Under the pieces are notes generated by a model. It was given only the letters and a program-made list of their open reading frames with translations. It was not told where the DNA came from and ran no database searches. The position numbers were made by a program, and so were the translations under genes. Below are positions 62,835 to 64,000 of a stretch of DNA of 64,000 nucleotides, one piece after another (position 1 is the first letter of the stretch; the number at the start of each line of letters is the position of its first letter). The stretch comes from Leucoraja erinacea (lineage: Eukaryota): the NCBI RefSeq assembly GCF_028641065.1, contig NC_073380.1, positions 35,030,001 through 35,094,000 of the forward strand. Direction: 5' to 3'.

Positions 62835-63635
62835 TCTATCATATCTATATACTTTTAAAACTCTGTGTGGTGCGTGTCATTTTGTCTGCGAAAACGTATC
62901 TCCTCGAAAACCAGACACCGAAACAGGAAAATTATTACATATTTCAGTAAGAGATTTTCCTTGTGATTTTAGAAACCTACTCCTCTGTACATTTGGTACA
63001 TTATTTTCACGACTTTTTAATTAAAATTGTTGACCAATCTGACCTTTTTTTAAAATCTGATCGCTGCCCAGCTGCTGACATTACAAAAACAGTGAATTTT
63101 TCCTTATGATTTCAAAAATCCAATCCTCTATAAATTTGGTCAATTATTTCCCGAGATATTTACTAAAATTTATCACCAAACCAGCATTTAAAAAAAATAT
63201 AACGGTTGCCCAACCTCTGACCTCACAATGCCTTTGCACTTGGCCACCTGCCTCCTGCACCCTCCTCCTCCGTTCCCCCCCCCACCCGCTGTGGATTAAT
63301 GCATTGTTTATTTCTTTTTTCACTGCATTGAATTTTATTGTTTCTCATTTACACATTAACTTTTAATTTCAAAGAGTTTAAAAAAAAAAAAATTGCTGTC
63401 TTCATTAGATCGGACCCGCTGTGTGTGTGTGTGTGGGGGGGGGGGTGGTTAGTTTTTGTGCGACGCATCAGGCTCCTCCCCTGAATTCCATAGAGCTGCC
63501 GACAGCTTTCGTGCATGAGATGCGCGCGCTTCATTTCCAGAACATTCTGAATGCGTGACGCACAGTTGCATTTCGCTCTCTCTGTCTCTCCCCCTCTCTC
63601 TCTCTCCCCATCTCTCTCTCTCCCCCATCTCTCTC
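62835..63635 (+). mobile_element. Helitron-like fragment
   Basis: TCTATATACTTTTAAAACTCTG start; ATCTCCTCGAAAAC shared with 28781. Confidence 0.55.
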
Positions 63636-63637
63636 TC

Positions 63638-64000
63638 ACGGGAAGCTCATTCCACACAGCTACCACTCTCTTGAGTAAAGAAGTTTCGCCTCATGTTCCC
63701 CCTAAACTTTTGTCCCTTAATTCTCAAATCATGTCCTCTTGTTTGAATCTTCCCTACTCTTAATGGAAAAAGCTTATCCACGTCAACTCTGTCTATCCCT
63801 CTCATCATTTTAAAGACCTCTATCAAGTCCCCTCTTAACCTTCTGCGCTCCAAAGAATAAAGACCTAACTTGTTCAACCTTTCTCTGTAACTTAGATGCT
63901 GAAACCCAGGCAACATTATAGTAAATCTCCTCTGTACTCTCTCTATTTTGTTGACATCGTTCCTATAATTTGGCGACCAAAATTGTACACCATACTCCAG
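63638..64000 (-). mobile_element. CR1-like LINE fragment of a second subfamily, runs off the window
   Basis: LSYRERLNKLGLYSLERRRLRGDLIEVFKMMRG..TRGHDLRI. Confidence 0.92.

Overview
Eukaryotic, vertebrate genomic DNA. The repeat content (HE1-like V-SINEs, HER1/CR1-like LINEs, SacSINE1-like DeuSINEs) points to an elasmobranch, probably a skate or ray; this is inferred, not searched. The window holds the 5' end of CHD7 on the minus strand: a CpG-rich promoter and probable non-coding exon 1 near 55.3-55.7 kb, a ~29 kb intron 1, the large first coding exon (exon 2, 25920-24093, ATG at 25733), and >24 kb of intron 2. No further CHD7 exon was recognised. Almost all other ORFs are decayed transposable elements (CR1, Rex1/Babar, RTE, HERO, Penelope, Gypsy, Tc1, hAT, Harbinger, Helitron), often nested. 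Best leads: (1) short Penelope-derived elements carrying a minimal hammerhead-ribozyme motif that insert as fold-back hairpins with target-site duplications, one beside the CHD7 promoter; (2) two tiny uORFs in a CHD7 5'UTR that appears conserved to human; (3) a ~640 bp ancient palindrome in intron 1 with convergent CTCF-like motifs; (4) a G-rich minisatellite splitting the promoter CpG region; (5) a head-to-tail Helitron array. I see no clearly new protein-coding system. All family assignments come from recalled motifs, not database searches.
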